The translations under genes were made by a program, and so were the position numbers. Positions 63,348 through 64,000 of a stretch of 64,000 nt of DNA are shown piece by piece. A model generated the notes under the pieces. That model had not been told where the DNA came from and ran no database searches. It was given only the letters and a program-made list of their open reading frames with translations. The stretch is taken from NCBI RefSeq assembly GCF_006345805.1, contig NC_043026.1, forward strand, positions 8,308,001 to 8,372,000, read 5' to 3'. The stretch is from Octopus sinensis. Taxonomy: Eukaryota. Every line of letters begins with the position of its first letter. Position 1 is the first letter of the stretch.

Positions 63348-64000
63348 CTGAAGAAAGGACAAAAGAGAAAAAGGTAACATAAATGGAATACATACATACA
63401 TACTATGCTGAACTATTCAGAAATCTGCAGTTACTCTGTCCAGATTACAAGTTCAGGCTTATACCAGTAATTATTGGGGCACTGGGGTATGTGACACACT
63501 GCCTAAGTACCAATCTTGAGAAATTAGGCTTCTCAAAACCAGAGAAGAGAAAGCTAATTTAAAGACTACAGATCCAATTCATCACTGGAACTGTAAAAAT
63601 CTGTAAAACTTTTCAAAAGTTTATCATTTAAATATATATATGAGCATGTCTAGATATGTAGCTATATGCATGGAAAATACATACAAAAAACATACAAGTC
63701 TGCACACACACACATATACATACATACACACACACACAGACATACATACATGCATATATACATACATACATGCATACATACATACATACACACATACATA
63801 CATACATGCATATATACATACATACATGCATACATACATACATACATACACACACACACATAAATAAATACATACACACATACATACATACATACATATA
63901 TACACACATACATACATACGCACATACATACATGCATACATAAATACATAAATACATAAATACATACATACACACATACATACACACATACATACATACG

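Overview
Eukaryotic, intron-rich, repeat-saturated genomic DNA. The SINE, LINE and Helitron families and the microsatellite load point to an octopod cephalopod (inferred). Two protein-coding genes can be rebuilt on the minus strand with GT-AG sites and consistent phases. (1) WSB1-like WD40/SOCS-box gene: six coding exons from ATG 23620 down to 2135; the C-terminal WD40 and SOCS-box exons were not found and should lie left of the window. (2) Laminin alpha of the LAMA3/5 (LanA) type: nine exons from 63347 to 45122, covering the distal LN domain and six LE repeats; it stops at a 100-N scaffold gap (44183-44282). The rest is mostly tRNA-derived SINEs, RTE and CR1/L2 LINE ends, non-autonomous Helitrons, TTAA-flanked piggyBac-type MITEs, foldback elements and mini/microsatellites. 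Best leads: a structurally complete type I hammerhead ribozyme antisense in WSB1 intron 1 (23422-23518); a tandem array of truncated copies of a laminin exon with intact acceptors and in-frame stops (60538-61204); and a SINE whose target-site duplication copies a laminin splice donor (48636-49325). An additional unresolved gene may lie between 27.5 and 41.6 kb.
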